A stretch of DNA of 64,000 nucleotides from Clostridia bacterium (GCA_017522205.1 JAFWZS010000079.1:5928-69927); one strand, 5' to 3'; shown: positions 45,817-56,657, counted from the stretch's first letter. Notes: a model not told the origin generated them from the letters alone. Translations and numbers: made by a program.

Positions 45817-48327
45817 ATGGAAACAAACGACTACGAAAATCAAACTATAATTGACGTTGACCTTAACAGGGAAATGCGAAAAAGCTTTCTTGACTACTCA
45901 ATGTCAGTTATTACCTCACGAGCTCTGCCCGACGTAAGAGACGGCCTTAAGCCCGTACACAGAAGAATTCTTTATACCATGCACGAAAACGGTCTTTATC
46001 CCGAAAAGGCCTTCCGTAAGTGCGCCGACACAGTAGGTTCAGTGCTTGGTAGCTACCATCCTCACGGTGACGCTTCAGTTTACGATGCAATGGTTCGTCT
46101 TGCACAGAAGTTCTCAACGAGATATGTGCTTGTTGACGGTCACGGTAACTTCGGCTCAGTTGACGGTGACCCACCGGCTGCTTACCGTTACACAGAAAGC
46201 AAAATGAGCAAAATCTCTATGGAGATGCTTACGGATATTGACAAGGATACTGTTGACTTTGCTCCCAACTACGACGACCGTCTCAAGGAGCCCACAGTTC
46301 TTCCCTCACGTTTTCCCAACCTTCTTGTAAACGGCTCAACAGGTATTGCCGTAGGTATGGCTACAAACATTCCGCCTCACAATCTCGGTGAGGTTATTGA
46401 CGGTATGTGTTATTTCATTGACCATCCGGAAGCAGAGCTTGAAGACCTTATGCAGTTCATCAAGGGTCCCGACTTCCCCACAGCAGGTATTGTTATGGGC
46501 AGAAGCGGTATCAGAGCTGCTTATGCAACAGGCCGAGGCAAAATCATTGTAAGAGCAAGAACTGAAATTGTTGAAAACAAAAACGGCAGATTTCAGATTG
46601 TTGTTTCTGAGCTTCCTTATCAGGTAAACAAGCGCCGACTTATTGAGAGTATGGCTGATCTTGTAAAGGATAAGAAAATTGAGGGCATTGCCGACATCAA
46701 TGACTACTCTAACCGTGAAGGTATGAGAATGGTTGTTGACCTTAAAAGAGATGCCAACCCCCAGGTTGTTCTTAATCAGCTCTTCTCCTATACACAGCTT
46801 CAGGTTTCCTACGGCATTATTATGCTTGCGCTTGTTGACGGAGTACCCAGAATTCTCACCCTCAAGGATGTGCTTTCACTTTATGTCAAGCATCAGGAAG
46901 AGGTTATCGTAAGAAGAACAAGATACGACCTTAAAAAGGCTCAGGAAAGAGCACATATCTTAGAGGGTCTTATGATTGCTCTTGACTTCATTGATGAGGT
47001 TATTGCAATTCTCCGTGCTTCAAAGGATCAGGCTTCAGGTAAGCAGGCACTTATGGACCGCTTCGGTCTTGACGAATTACAGGCAGATGCAATTGTTAAG
47101 ATGCGTCTCGGACAGCTGACAGGTCTTGAAAGAACAAAGATTGAAGAAGAGCTTGCTGCTCTCAGAGAAAGAATCAAGGAATTCAACGAAATTCTTGCTT
47201 CAGAGGGCAAGGTTCTTGAAATTATCAAAACTGAGGCTATGGCAATCAGAGATAAATTCTCAGACGACAGAAGAACAGAAATTGCTCAGGTAAGCGGTGA
47301 GGTTGACATTGAAGACCTTATCCCCGAAGAGCAGTGCGTATATACACTTACAAAGTTCGGCTATATCAAGCGTCAGCCCACTGAAACCTACTCAATTCAG
47401 AACAGAGGCGGCAGAGGTGTAAAGGGTATGACCACAAGAGAAGAGGACACAACCCAGACAATGTTCACCTGCTCAAGCCATGATTTTATTATGTTCTTTA
47501 CAACAAAGGGCAAGGTTTATCGTCTTAAGGGCTACGAAATTCCCGAGGGTAGCAGACAGAGCAAGGGTATGAATATAGTTAACCTTCTTCCTCTTGAAGC
47601 TGACGAAAAGATAAGCTCAATGATTAAGGTACCCGACTTCGGCGGAAAAGAAATCAAGTATCTCTGCATGGTTACACGTAAGGGTATTATCAAGAGAACT
47701 GACCTTGAGCAGTATAAGAATCTTCGTAAGAACGGTATTATTGCAATCAATCTTGATGAAGACGACGAACTTGCATGGACAAGACTTACCGACGGTAACG
47801 ACGATATTCTCGTTGCAACAAGATGCGGTATGTCAATACGCTTCAATGAAAATGATTGCCGTCCTATCGGCAGAACTGCACGAGGCGTTAAGGCTATTGA
47901 GCTTAAAGAGGGCGACGAAGTTATCGGTATGTGCGTAATCAGAGAAGGCGACGACGGCACGAGCAAGATTATGACTATTGCCGAAACAGGTCTCGGCAGA
48001 CGCAGCGAAACTGCTGAATACCGTGTTCAGACAAGAGCCGGCAAGGGCGTTCTCAACTATCATATTGAAAAATACGGTCTTGTTGCCGCAGTTGATATGG
48101 TAAACGATGATGATGACGTAATTCTTATTGCTTCAAACGGAATTATTATCCGTATTGCCGCAGAGCAGATCAACACTGTTTCAAGAACCTCAAAGGGTGT
48201 TCGTGTAATGAGAATCGGTGAAGAGGATAAGGTTGTTTCTGCAATTGCCGTTCAGAAGGAAGAGACTGACGAAACATCTTCTGAGGAAAATGCTGAGACT
48301 GAAGAAAAAGAGGACAGCGAAAACTAA
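45817..48327 (+). CDS. gyrA: DNA gyrase subunit A
   Basis: [12 protein letters not shown], the active-site region AAYRYTE, beta-pinwheel CTD repeats and an acidic tail. Confidence 0.95.
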   Translation: METNDYENQTIIDVDLNREMRKSFLDYSMSVITSRALPDVRDGLKPVHRRILYTMHENGLYPEKAFRKCADTVGSVLGSYHPHGDASVYDAMVRLAQKFSTRYVLVDGHGNFGSVDGDPPAAYRYTESKMSKISMEMLTDIDKDTVDFAPNYDDRLKEPTVLPSRFPNLLVNGSTGIAVGMATNIPPHNLGEVIDGMCYFIDHPEAELEDLMQFIKGPDFPTAGIVMGRSGIRAAYATGRGKIIVRARTEIVENKNGRFQIVVSELPYQVNKRRLIESMADLVKDKKIEGIADINDYSNREGMRMVVDLKRDANPQVVLNQLFSYTQLQVSYGIIMLALVDGVPRILTLKDVLSLYVKHQEEVIVRRTRYDLKKAQERAHILEGLMIALDFIDEVIAILRASKDQASGKQALMDRFGLDELQADAIVKMRLGQLTGLERTKIEEELAALRERIKEFNEILASEGKVLEIIKTEAMAIRDKFSDDRRTEIAQVSGEVDIEDLIPEEQCVYTLTKFGYIKRQPTETYSIQNRGGRGVKGMTTREEDTTQTMFTCSSHDFIMFFTTKGKVYRLKGYEIPEGSRQSKGMNIVNLLPLEADEKISSMIKVPDFGGKEIKYLCMVTRKGIIKRTDLEQYKNLRKNGIIAINLDEDDELAWTRLTDGNDDILVATRCGMSIRFNENDCRPIGRTARGVKAIELKEGDEVIGMCVIREGDDGTSKIMTIAETGLGRRSETAEYRVQTRAGKGVLNYHIEKYGLVAAVDMVNDDDDVILIASNGIIIRIAAEQINTVSRTSKGVRVMRIGEEDKVVSAIAVQKEETDETSSEENAETEEKEDSEN

Positions 48328-48402
48328 AAGAAGAGTTGAGAGTTAAGAGTTAAGATGTGGGGCTTCGCCGATTATATCCATCTTAACCAACAGCAACTCT
48401 TT
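48328..48402 (+). repeat. minimal palindromic element, copy F
   Basis: aagaagagttgagagttaagagttaagatgtgg + ggcttcgccgattatatcc + atcttaaccaacagcaactcttt. It starts at the nucleotide after the gyrA stop. Confidence 0.6.
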
Positions 48403-48463
48403 ACCCTTGTTGACCGATTATTTTGCATTTTGCATTTTGTATTTATATAAAGGATTGATATAA

Positions 48464-49606
48464 ATGGCAAAGAATAAAAAAGATAAAAAGCCAAACCCCG
48501 TTGCGGCTTTTCTCTGGAAAGACAAAAGAAGAAGAGCAAAGAATTTCTATTTTCTTCTGATGCTTGTTGTGGCTCTGGCTGCAGTTGGTATGGGCTTTAT
48601 CGGTGAAAAGCTTGAAATTATGAATACCGGTGACGATGTGGTTGTTACCGAGCCTGCGGGTGACATTGTTTTTGAAGAAGAGGACCTTCAGATGATGGAG
48701 GCTATCAGCCAGGCAGGCTCACTCAACGACTATCTTTATCAGTGGGCTAATAACGGCGGTGAGCTTTACAGCAGTAAAAATGTGCTTAACGTTCTGCTTG
48801 TGGGTCTTGATTCAAAGGATGCTCTTGAAAACGGCGGAAGAAGTGACTCACTTATCCTCGTTTCCCTTAACAAGAAGGATAAGAAGATTTATATGACCTC
48901 ATTTTTCCGTGACACCTGGTGCTATATGAACACCGCAAACGGAATGTACAGCAAGATTAATGCTTCTTATTTCTATGGCGGACCTACGGGGCTTATTGAC
49001 ACAATTGAGAAGAATTTCAAGGTTGATATTGACTATTACGTTGCTGTTGACTTCTCTTCATTTGTGGATATTATTAACGCTCTCGGCGGCATTACAGTCG
49101 AGGTTCAGGAGTATGAAGCGGCATATATCAACCGCACAACAAAGCACACAATTGAGCACGGCCCTGCAGTAAAACTGAACGGTGCGGAAGCTCTCGTTTT
49201 TGCCCGTATCAGAAAAAGTGACGCAGACAGTGATGTCAGCAGAACAAGACGTCAGAGACAGGTTATAACCTCATTCATTGAAAGCGCAAAAGGTGCATCA
49301 ATTTCACAACTCAATGATGCCCTTGATATGCTTTTTAAGTATGTTAAAACTGACCTTACCCAGATGCAGATAATTTCCTATGCAACTCAGGCTCTTGCAA
49401 ATGGCTGGATAAATTATGACATTGAGCAGTATACTTTAAGTGACAGCGATGTGTTCAGAGCCGGTTACGTGGGCAATACGTCAGTTGTGTTCATTGACTT
49501 TCCCCTTGCGGCACAAAGGATACAAACCGCTATTTATGGGGATTCCAACGTGGTTCTTGATGAAAACAGAATCAAAATATTTAACCTTGTTTCAAGGTTT
49601 GCGTGA
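48464..49606 (+). CDS. LytR-CpsA-Psr (LCP) family protein
   Basis: N-terminal TM segment; NVLLVGLDS...GRSDSLILVSLN...SFFRDTW...INASYFYGGP...VDFSSFVDIINALGG. Confidence 0.8.
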   Translation: MAKNKKDKKPNPVAAFLWKDKRRRAKNFYFLLMLVVALAAVGMGFIGEKLEIMNTGDDVVVTEPAGDIVFEEEDLQMMEAISQAGSLNDYLYQWANNGGELYSSKNVLNVLLVGLDSKDALENGGRSDSLILVSLNKKDKKIYMTSFFRDTWCYMNTANGMYSKINASYFYGGPTGLIDTIEKNFKVDIDYYVAVDFSSFVDIINALGGITVEVQEYEAAYINRTTKHTIEHGPAVKLNGAEALVFARIRKSDADSDVSRTRRQRQVITSFIESAKGASISQLNDALDMLFKYVKTDLTQMQIISYATQALANGWINYDIEQYTLSDSDVFRAGYVGNTSVVFIDFPLAAQRIQTAIYGDSNVVLDENRIKIFNLVSRFA

Positions 49607-49617
49607 GGTAAATGATT

Positions 49618-50010
49618 ATGGATTATATCGGCACAAAGCACGAAGTTAAAATAAAGGTTACTGATGAGGTTACTGCGGCAAAAATGAAAAGCGGCTCTTT
49701 AGCCGTTCTTGCAACTCCCTTTATGGTTGCTCTTATGGAGCAGGCTGCAGCTGAGCTTTGCGAAAAATTTACACCTGACGGAATCTCAACCGTAGGTACT
49801 GCACTTAACATCAAACACCTTGCTCCGACACCTGTAGGAAGTGAGGTAAAGGTCGTTGCAGAGCTTCTTTCCTTTGACGGCAGAAAAGCCGAATTCAAGG
49901 TTGAAGCTTATGACGAAGCAGGCCTTATCGGTGAGGGTACCCATGAGCGCTTTACCATTAAAATTGACAAGTTTATGGAAAAGGCAAATGAGAGAAAAAT
50001 TAACATTTAA
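49618..50010 (+). CDS. hotdog-fold thioesterase family protein
   Basis: About 130 aa with the LATPFMVALMEQAA and GEGTHERF pattern. ATG 49618 has better RBS spacing than 49612. Confidence 0.55.
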   Translation: MDYIGTKHEVKIKVTDEVTAAKMKSGSLAVLATPFMVALMEQAAAELCEKFTPDGISTVGTALNIKHLAPTPVGSEVKVVAELLSFDGRKAEFKVEAYDEAGLIGEGTHERFTIKIDKFMEKANERKINI

Positions 50011-50034
50011 AATTCTATTTTAAGGAGAGCCGGT

Positions 50035-50730
50035 TTGTTGAAAAATGAATCGGCTGAGTTTCTTATGGCTAACTATGATTATGTGATTTTTGACTTTGAC
50101 GGAACGGTCGTTGACACAGGAGAAGGTATCCTTAAAAGTCTTCAGTATTCCTTTAAGGAGATGGGCAGAGAAGTGCCTGACCTTGACGATCTTAAAAAAT
50201 TCATCGGTCCGCCTATATACTATAGTTATACCACCTTTTACGGAGTAAGCGAAGAAGAGGTAGGAATGTATATTACAAAATACCGTGAACGCTATAAGGT
50301 GAAGGGTATTTACGAGTGTGCCCTTTATGACGGTATGCTCCAGCTTCTTGATGCACTCAAAGCAAAAGGTATAAAACTTGGAATCGCTTCGTCAAAGCCT
50401 CAGCATCTGATTTACAGCGTGGCGGACTATCTTAAAATTACAGATAAGTTCGATGCAATCGTCGGAGTGAAAATTGACGACAGTAACCACAGCAGCAAAA
50501 CTCAGCTCGTCCTTGACGCTATGGCTGAGATGGGTGCAACAGATAAAAGCAAGGTGCTGATGGTGGGCGACAGACTATTTGACATTGACGGTGCAGCCGG
50601 TGCAGGTGTGGATTCCTGCGGTGCAATCTGGGGTTACGGCAGCGAAGAGGAGTTCCGTGAGCATAATGCTACCTATATTGCATACAAAACGACAGATGTA
50701 TACGATTTGGCTATAAATAATGCTCAATAA
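50035..50730 (+). CDS. HAD-superfamily hydrolase (phosphoglycolate phosphatase-like)
   Basis: Motif I IFDFDGTVVDT, motif III K and MVGDRLFD. TTG 50035 follows an AAGGAG RBS; the alternative start is ATG 50065. Confidence 0.75.
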   Translation: MLKNESAEFLMANYDYVIFDFDGTVVDTGEGILKSLQYSFKEMGREVPDLDDLKKFIGPPIYYSYTTFYGVSEEEVGMYITKYRERYKVKGIYECALYDGMLQLLDALKAKGIKLGIASSKPQHLIYSVADYLKITDKFDAIVGVKIDDSNHSSKTQLVLDAMAEMGATDKSKVLMVGDRLFDIDGAAGAGVDSCGAIWGYGSEEEFREHNATYIAYKTTDVYDLAINNAQ

Positions 50731-50859
50731 GAATAATAACCCCTAAAAATATAGAATATATTTCACATTTCCGTTTCTGTTGGATAGAAATTTCGAAAAC
50801 GATGAACGGATAAATTAAATTAATTTTATCAAACGGTATTTTCAGATAAAAAGCAGAGG

Positions 50860-50891
50860 TTTTCAACATTTTTAAACAAAGGTGTTGAAAA
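50860..50891. promoter_or_regulatory. inverted pair of the TTTTCAACA 9-mer upstream of mnmG
   Basis: TTTTCAACA 50860-50868 and TGTTGAAAA 50883-50891, the same 9-mer as in the dnaA-dnaN spacer. Confidence 0.4.
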
Positions 50892-50911
50892 AGCAAAGGA
50901 AAGGATTTTCC

Positions 50912-52777
50912 ATGAAGTATTTTGCAAAAGAGTATGATGTAATTGTAATAGGTGCAGGCCACGCCGGAATTGAAGCCGGCCTTGCCGCTGCACGTCTCGG
51001 CAGTCAGGTTGGTGTGTTTACAATCAATATGGACTGGGTGGGCAATATGCCCTGTAACCCCTCTATCGGCGGAACGTCAAAAGGTCACCTTGTAAGAGAG
51101 ATTGATGCTCTCGGCGGTGAAATGGGTAAGGCTGCTGATGCCAATACCCTGCAGAGCCGTATCCTTAACTTAGGCAAAGGCCCTGCTGTACACTCCCTGC
51201 GTGCGCAGATTGACCGCAGACGCTACAGCGAATATATGAAGCACGTTATGGAAAAAGAAGAAGGCGTTGAGCTTGTTCAGGCTGAGGTTGTTTCCCTCAC
51301 AAGAGAAGGCGAAAAATGGCAGATTATTACTCAGCTTGAAGCAATCTATCACGCAAAGTGTGTGATTCTTGCAACGGGTACCTTCCTTGGCGGCAAAATA
51401 TATGTTGGTGATGTTGTTTATGACGGTGGCCCTGACGGAATGTTTGCTTCAACAAAGCTTGCTCAGTCCCTTAAGGAGCTTGGTGTTTCCACAAGGCGCT
51501 TCAAAACAGGTACACCTTCACGAGTAAACCGCAGAAGCATTAACTTTGACGGCCTTGAAAGACAGGACGGCGACCCTATAGTTGTGCCCTTTTCCTTTGA
51601 CGGTGAGTACACACCCCAGAATAAACTGCCCTGCTATATCACTTATACAAACGACAAAACCAAGGAAATCATCCTCAATAACCTTCATCGCTCACCCTTA
51701 TACAGTGGAAAAATCGATGGTGTTGGTCCCAGATACTGCCCTTCAATCGAGGATAAAATTGTCCGTTTCTCTGAAAAGCCCCGTCATCAGCTTTTTATTG
51801 AGCCCTGCGGTGAAAACACAGAGGAGATGTACCTTCAGGGTATGAGCTCATCGCTCCCTGAAGATGTGCAGCTTGCTTTCCTCAGAACTATCCCGGGTCT
51901 TGAAAATGTTCAGGTTATGCGTACTGCTTATGCAATTGAATATGACTGTGTTGACCCCATTTCCCTTAAAGCAAGCCTTGAATTCAAGGATTTTGACGGA
52001 CTTTACGGTGCAGGACAGTTCAACGGCTCAAGCGGATATGAAGAAGCTGCAGCTCAGGGACTTATTGCAGGTATCAATGCTGCGAGAAAAATAAAAGGAG
52101 AAGCGCCTCTTATTCTCGACAGAGCATCCTCTTATATCGGTACACTTATCGACGACCTTGTTACAAAAGGCTGCTCAGATCCCTACAGAATGATGACTTC
52201 ACGTTCAGAATACAGACTTTTGCTCCGTCAGGATAATGCTGATATCCGTCTTACAAAGTACGGTTATGATGTGGGACTTGTCAGTGAAGAGAAGTGGCAG
52301 AGATTACAGACAAAGCTGAAACTCATTGAAGAGGAAAAGGAAAGAGTATCTCTTGTGCCTGTTCCACCCTCAGAAAAGCTGAACGAGATGCTTGTTTCAC
52401 GTGAAACAACGCCGCTGACAACGGGCTGCAGACTTATAGAACTTCTCAAAAGACCTCAGCTGACCTATGAAGATCTTAAGGATTTCGATCCTGAAAGACC
52501 TGATTTACCGAGAGAAGTCTTTGAACAGGTGGAAATCAGTATAAAATATGAGGGATATATCAAGCGCCAGCTTGCCCAGGTTGATGAAATGAGACGACTT
52601 GAAGTGAGAAAGCTTGACCCCGATACGGATTATAAGACTATTACAGGTCTCAGAATGGAAGCTCAGGAAAAGCTGAACAAGGTTAAACCGGCAAATTTAG
52701 GTCAGGCATCAAGAATCAGCGGTGTCAGCCCTGCAGATATATCAGTGCTTCTTATATATCTGAACAGTAAAAAATAA
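50912..52777 (+). CDS. mnmG: tRNA uridine 5-carboxymethylaminomethyl modification enzyme MnmG
   Basis: [19 protein letters not shown] motif and full-length GidA similarity. ATG 50912 follows an AAAGGAAAGGA RBS. Confidence 0.95.
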   Translation: MKYFAKEYDVIVIGAGHAGIEAGLAAARLGSQVGVFTINMDWVGNMPCNPSIGGTSKGHLVREIDALGGEMGKAADANTLQSRILNLGKGPAVHSLRAQIDRRRYSEYMKHVMEKEEGVELVQAEVVSLTREGEKWQIITQLEAIYHAKCVILATGTFLGGKIYVGDVVYDGGPDGMFASTKLAQSLKELGVSTRRFKTGTPSRVNRRSINFDGLERQDGDPIVVPFSFDGEYTPQNKLPCYITYTNDKTKEIILNNLHRSPLYSGKIDGVGPRYCPSIEDKIVRFSEKPRHQLFIEPCGENTEEMYLQGMSSSLPEDVQLAFLRTIPGLENVQVMRTAYAIEYDCVDPISLKASLEFKDFDGLYGAGQFNGSSGYEEAAAQGLIAGINAARKIKGEAPLILDRASSYIGTLIDDLVTKGCSDPYRMMTSRSEYRLLLRQDNADIRLTKYGYDVGLVSEEKWQRLQTKLKLIEEEKERVSLVPVPPSEKLNEMLVSRETTPLTTGCRLIELLKRPQLTYEDLKDFDPERPDLPREVFEQVEISIKYEGYIKRQLAQVDEMRRLEVRKLDPDTDYKTITGLRMEAQEKLNKVKPANLGQASRISGVSPADISVLLIYLNSKK

Positions 52778-52793
52778 TGTTTCACGTGAAACA
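52778..52793. promoter_or_regulatory. parS centromere site
   Basis: TGTTTCACGTGAAACA, a perfect palindrome matching TGTTNCACGTGAAACA, immediately after the mnmG stop. Confidence 0.85.
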
Positions 52794-52852
52794 TAAAGCT
52801 GGTTGGTATAATCCAAGATAGCCTTAAGTGTTGTTTTAAAAGGAGATTAACA

Positions 52853-53575
52853 ATGGAAACCTTTATTTCAAAGGAATTACTTAAAACCGAAGCTGCAAAA
52901 TTTGGTGTAAACTTAGATGAAAAAGCACTTGAGCGCTTCGATATATATGCAAAGCTTCTTGTAGAATGGAATGAAAAGATTAACCTTACAGCAATAACTG
53001 ACCCTGAAGGCATTGTTATGAAGCATTTTGTGGATTCACTTTCTCTGTTTTCAGCTATAGAAATTCCCGAGGGTGCAAAGTCAATTGATGTAGGCACAGG
53101 TGCAGGATTTCCCGGTCTCGCTATACTTATAGCCCGTCCCGACCTTAAAATCACACTTCTTGACAGCACAAACAAAAAGCTGAATGTAATAAGAGATATA
53201 CTGCAAAATCTTGATTTAGAGTGCGAAGTGCTTCATACCAGAGCTGAAGAAGCAGGACAGAACAAGTCTTACCGTGAACAGTATGACTTTGCAACAGCAA
53301 GAGCTGTGTCAAATCTGCGTGATTTAAGTGAATACTGTCTGCCATTTGTTAAAAAAGGCGGCACATTCATATCAATGAAAAGTGCAAAGGCTGAGGAAGA
53401 AATCGCAGAAGGCAGAAATGCTATAAAGATCCTCGGCGGAAATATAAAGGAAAAAAAGACATTTGAAATTGACGAAGCAGGGGAGAGAACTATTATTTTA
53501 ATTGAAAAGATTTCGACAACTCCCGCAAAATATCCCCGACCTTCGGCAAAAATTGCAAAAAATCCCCTCAGATAA
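52853..53575 (+). CDS. rsmG: 16S rRNA (guanine527-N7)-methyltransferase RsmG
   Basis: NLTAITDPEGIVMKHFVDS and DVGTGAGFPGL SAM motif. Confidence 0.9.
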   Translation: METFISKELLKTEAAKFGVNLDEKALERFDIYAKLLVEWNEKINLTAITDPEGIVMKHFVDSLSLFSAIEIPEGAKSIDVGTGAGFPGLAILIARPDLKITLLDSTNKKLNVIRDILQNLDLECEVLHTRAEEAGQNKSYREQYDFATARAVSNLRDLSEYCLPFVKKGGTFISMKSAKAEEEIAEGRNAIKILGGNIKEKKTFEIDEAGERTIILIEKISTTPAKYPRPSAKIAKNPLR

Positions 53576-53624
53576 TGTTTTTTCGGGTAAAACAAAGGGA
53601 TAAAATGTAAACCGAATAAGCTGG

Positions 53625-53677
53625 ACAACCTTTCTTTCATGTGCTATTCTGTAGCCAAAGAAAGGTTGTTTTGTTTT
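53625..53677 (+). terminator. intrinsic terminator (13-bp stem, large loop)
   Basis: acaacctttcttt ...19 nt... aaagaaaggttgt followed by tttgtttt. Confidence 0.6.
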
Positions 53678-53690
53678 CGGAGGTACATAA

Positions 53691-54530
53691 ATGAAAGAAA
53701 AACCACGCTCAGCGGGACAAGTCCTGCTGATACCAAGTGATTCAATATATCCAAATCCTAATCAGCCGAGAAAAGTATTTGACCAGAGTGAGCTTGTGAA
53801 TCTTGCAATCAGTATAAGAATGAACGGAATACTTCAGCCTATAACTGTAAGAGAAGTTGAAAACGGCTATGAACTGGTGTCGGGTGAAAGAAGACTGAGA
53901 GCTTCAAAGCTTGCAGGACTTCTCAATGTGCCCTGCATAGTGGTAGAGGTGAACTCACTTAAATCTGCAGTTTTTGCACTTATAGAGAACCTACAAAGGC
54001 AGAATCTCGGCTATTTTGAAGAAGCACTCGCCATAAACAAGCTTATGAAGGATTTCTCGCTTTCTCAGGATGAGGCCGCAAGAAGACTTGGAAAAGCACC
54101 GTCAACTGTTTCAAACAAGCTGAGATTACTCAGTCTGCCCGAAGAGGCAAGAAATCTCCTTTCAGAAAACGGTCTTTCCGAAAGACACGCAAGAGCTCTT
54201 CTCAGGCTTCAGGAGAATGAAATCACCGAGGTGCTTCAGAAGGTGATTGACAAAAAGCTGAATGTCACACAGACGGAAAAGCTGGTGGATGAATATGTAA
54301 ACAGAAGAAAAGAGCCACGTCGGCAGACGAAGATAATGTTTAGCGACGTAAAGATTTTTCTGAACACCATAAACAACGCCCTTGATACTATGCAGAAAGC
54401 AGGAATTAAGGCACAATTCCGACGTGAAGACAAGGAAGACAGCTATGTTTACTTTATAGAGATACCTAAAAAGTCGGTATATAAAGGAAACTCCGTCTCT
54501 GAAAAGGACGAAGACACAAATACGGCATAA
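53691..54530 (+). CDS. ParB-family protein, Noc-like paralog
   Basis: ParB N-domain (PNPNQPRKVFD, LQPITVR, SGERRLRASKLAG) plus an HTH. It is the first of two ParB paralogs flanking parA. Confidence 0.8.
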   Translation: MKEKPRSAGQVLLIPSDSIYPNPNQPRKVFDQSELVNLAISIRMNGILQPITVREVENGYELVSGERRLRASKLAGLLNVPCIVVEVNSLKSAVFALIENLQRQNLGYFEEALAINKLMKDFSLSQDEAARRLGKAPSTVSNKLRLLSLPEEARNLLSENGLSERHARALLRLQENEITEVLQKVIDKKLNVTQTEKLVDEYVNRRKEPRRQTKIMFSDVKIFLNTINNALDTMQKAGIKAQFRREDKEDSYVYFIEIPKKSVYKGNSVSEKDEDTNTA

Positions 54531-54583
54531 TAAAGTATTTATACTTTTTATGATCATATCTTTCTCTTTCACACCCCCAACAG

Positions 54584-54613
54584 AAAAACTCCGCTTATTT
54601 GGCGGAGTTTTTC
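54584..54613 (+). terminator. intrinsic terminator
   Basis: aaaactccgc-ttattt-gcggagtttt. Confidence 0.75.
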
Positions 54614-54723
54614 TCATTAAACCCTTTAAAAAAATATTTAGTTGTGATATAATATATGTCTACAACTCAGAAAACCTGTATTTTATATAAATATAATTCG
54701 ATTTTAGAAAGAAGGGATAGTGA

Positions 54724-55506
54724 ATGGGAAAGACAGTAGCAATTGTCAATCAGAAAGGCGGCGTAGGTAAAACAACAACTGCTGTGAACCTTGCCGCAAT
54801 TATAGGACATTACGGCTATAAGGTGCTTCTTGTTGACGTTGACCCTCAGGGCAATGCCACCAGCGGCTTGGGCATCAACAAAAGAGATGTAAAAGAATCC
54901 ACCTACGATATGATTGTAGGGGACGTAAAAGCCGAAAAAATAACAAAGACAACTTCCTTTAAAATGCTTGACCTTTTGCCGTCCAATATGAATCTTGCCG
55001 GTGCAGAGCTTGAGCTTGTTGACCTTGACGGCAGAGAAGCAAGACTGAGAAATGCACTTGCACCCGTGAAGGATAAATACGACTTTATCATTATCGACTG
55101 TCCGCCGTCCCTGGGACTTCTTACGGTCAATGTGCTTTGCGCTTCAGACAGCGTGATTGTACCCATACAATGCGAGTACTACGCCCTTGAGGGTCTTTCA
55201 CAGCTGATGAATACAATCAGACAGATAAAACGTCTTTATAATTCTTTTTTAGAATTAGAAGGTGTACTCCTCACAATGTTTGACGGCAGACTTAATCTTA
55301 CTCAGCAGGTTGTAAACGAGGTTAAACGCTTCTTCCCACAGAAGGTTTATGCAACGGTTATTCCACGTAATGTGCGACTTTCCGAAGCACCTTCCTTCGG
55401 TCAGCCTGTACACTACTACGACAAAAGCTCAAAGGGCAGCGTAGCATACGGCGAATTCACAAAAGAATTCTTGAAGAAAAACAACAAACGCCCGAGAGAA
55501 AAGTAA
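54724..55506 (+). CDS. parA: ParA/Soj chromosome partitioning ATPase
   Basis: Deviant Walker A NQKGGVGKTTT and DCPPSLG. Confidence 0.9.
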   Translation: MGKTVAIVNQKGGVGKTTTAVNLAAIIGHYGYKVLLVDVDPQGNATSGLGINKRDVKESTYDMIVGDVKAEKITKTTSFKMLDLLPSNMNLAGAELELVDLDGREARLRNALAPVKDKYDFIIIDCPPSLGLLTVNVLCASDSVIVPIQCEYYALEGLSQLMNTIRQIKRLYNSFLELEGVLLTMFDGRLNLTQQVVNEVKRFFPQKVYATVIPRNVRLSEAPSFGQPVHYYDKSSKGSVAYGEFTKEFLKKNNKRPREK

Positions 55507-55517
55507 GGAGATGAATT

Positions 55518-56384
55518 ATGGCACCTAAAAAGAAAAACGGCTTAGGCAAAGGTCTTGATGCTCTTTTTATTGATAACTCAACCGAGGACGTAAAAAGTGC
55601 AGTAAAGCTGGGTATCAACGATATCGAGCCTAACAGAGACCAGCCGAGAAAGCATTTTGACGAGGCAGCTCTCAGCGAGCTTGCAGACAGTATTGCACTT
55701 CACGGTGTAATTCAGCCTCTTCTTGTACGCCCCATTTCCGACGGCGGTTATCAGCTTATTGCCGGTGAAAGACGTTGGCGTGCTTCAAGACTTGCAGGCC
55801 TTACCGAAGTACCCGTAGTAATCCGTGAAATGACCGACAGCGAGGCTATGGAGCTGGCCCTTATCGAAAACCTTCAGCGTGAGGATCTTAACCCCATTGA
55901 AGAGGCAGAGGGCTACAAGCTACTTATGGATACCTACTCCCTTACTCAGGAAGAAGCGGCAGAGCGTGTGGGCAAATCCCGTCCTGCAGTTGCAAACGCA
56001 ATGAGACTTCTCTCTCTTCCCAAAGAGGTTCTCGACCTTATTAAAGAGGGCAGAATTTCCTCAGGTCACGGCAGAACACTTCTCGGTCTTAACGACAAAA
56101 GTATGATGCTTAAGCTCTGTAAGGAAATCGAGGAAAAGCAGATTTCCGTTAGACAGCTTGAAAGCATAATCAAAACCCTCAACAATCCCAAAAAGGATAA
56201 AGATGAAAAGCCTAAAAAGGCAAAGCGTGACCCATACTTTGATGAGTGTGAGCTCGCAATAAGACAGGAGCTTGGTAGAAAGGCGACAATTAACGTTAAC
56301 AAGGGTAACAAGGGTACTCTTGAAATAGAATTTTTCAGCAAGGAAGACCTGCAGTCGATCCTTGAAACATTAGCAAAATGGTAA
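55518..56384 (+). CDS. parB: ParB/Spo0J chromosome partitioning protein
   Basis: IEPNRDQPRKHFD, IQPLLVR, GERRWRASRLAG, the HTH and a C-terminal dimerisation region. Confidence 0.9.
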   Translation: MAPKKKNGLGKGLDALFIDNSTEDVKSAVKLGINDIEPNRDQPRKHFDEAALSELADSIALHGVIQPLLVRPISDGGYQLIAGERRWRASRLAGLTEVPVVIREMTDSEAMELALIENLQREDLNPIEEAEGYKLLMDTYSLTQEEAAERVGKSRPAVANAMRLLSLPKEVLDLIKEGRISSGHGRTLLGLNDKSMMLKLCKEIEEKQISVRQLESIIKTLNNPKKDKDEKPKKAKRDPYFDECELAIRQELGRKATINVNKGNKGTLEIEFFSKEDLQSILETLAKW

Positions 56385-56388
56385 CAGG

Positions 56389-56657
56389 TTTCGGAAGTCG
56401 AACCGAACAAGGTTTAACACGGTATATTTCCGCCAACCCTGCGTTAAAAATCCTCGCAATACGCAAGTATTGCTTGCGGTTTTCGCCTTGATTTGACGAA
56501 AAACTCCTCGTGTTAAACTCGAAGATCTTAAATGCCCGAGTTTTGGTGCATTTGGGATTTTCTTCGACGAAACAATACTCGCTGTATTGCGAGGAGAAAA
56601 AATTACAAAGGTGCCGGAAATCGGACATTTAAGACTTGTTTGATTCGACTTCCGCAA
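56389..56657 (+). other. unassigned multi-helix structured region upstream of serS
   Basis: Long-range pairings 56393-56411/56635-56653 and 56412-56421/56509-56518. Mutually exclusive 56451-56462/56584-56595 versus the local hairpin 56456-56473. Long hairpin 56519-56567. Confidence 0.5.
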
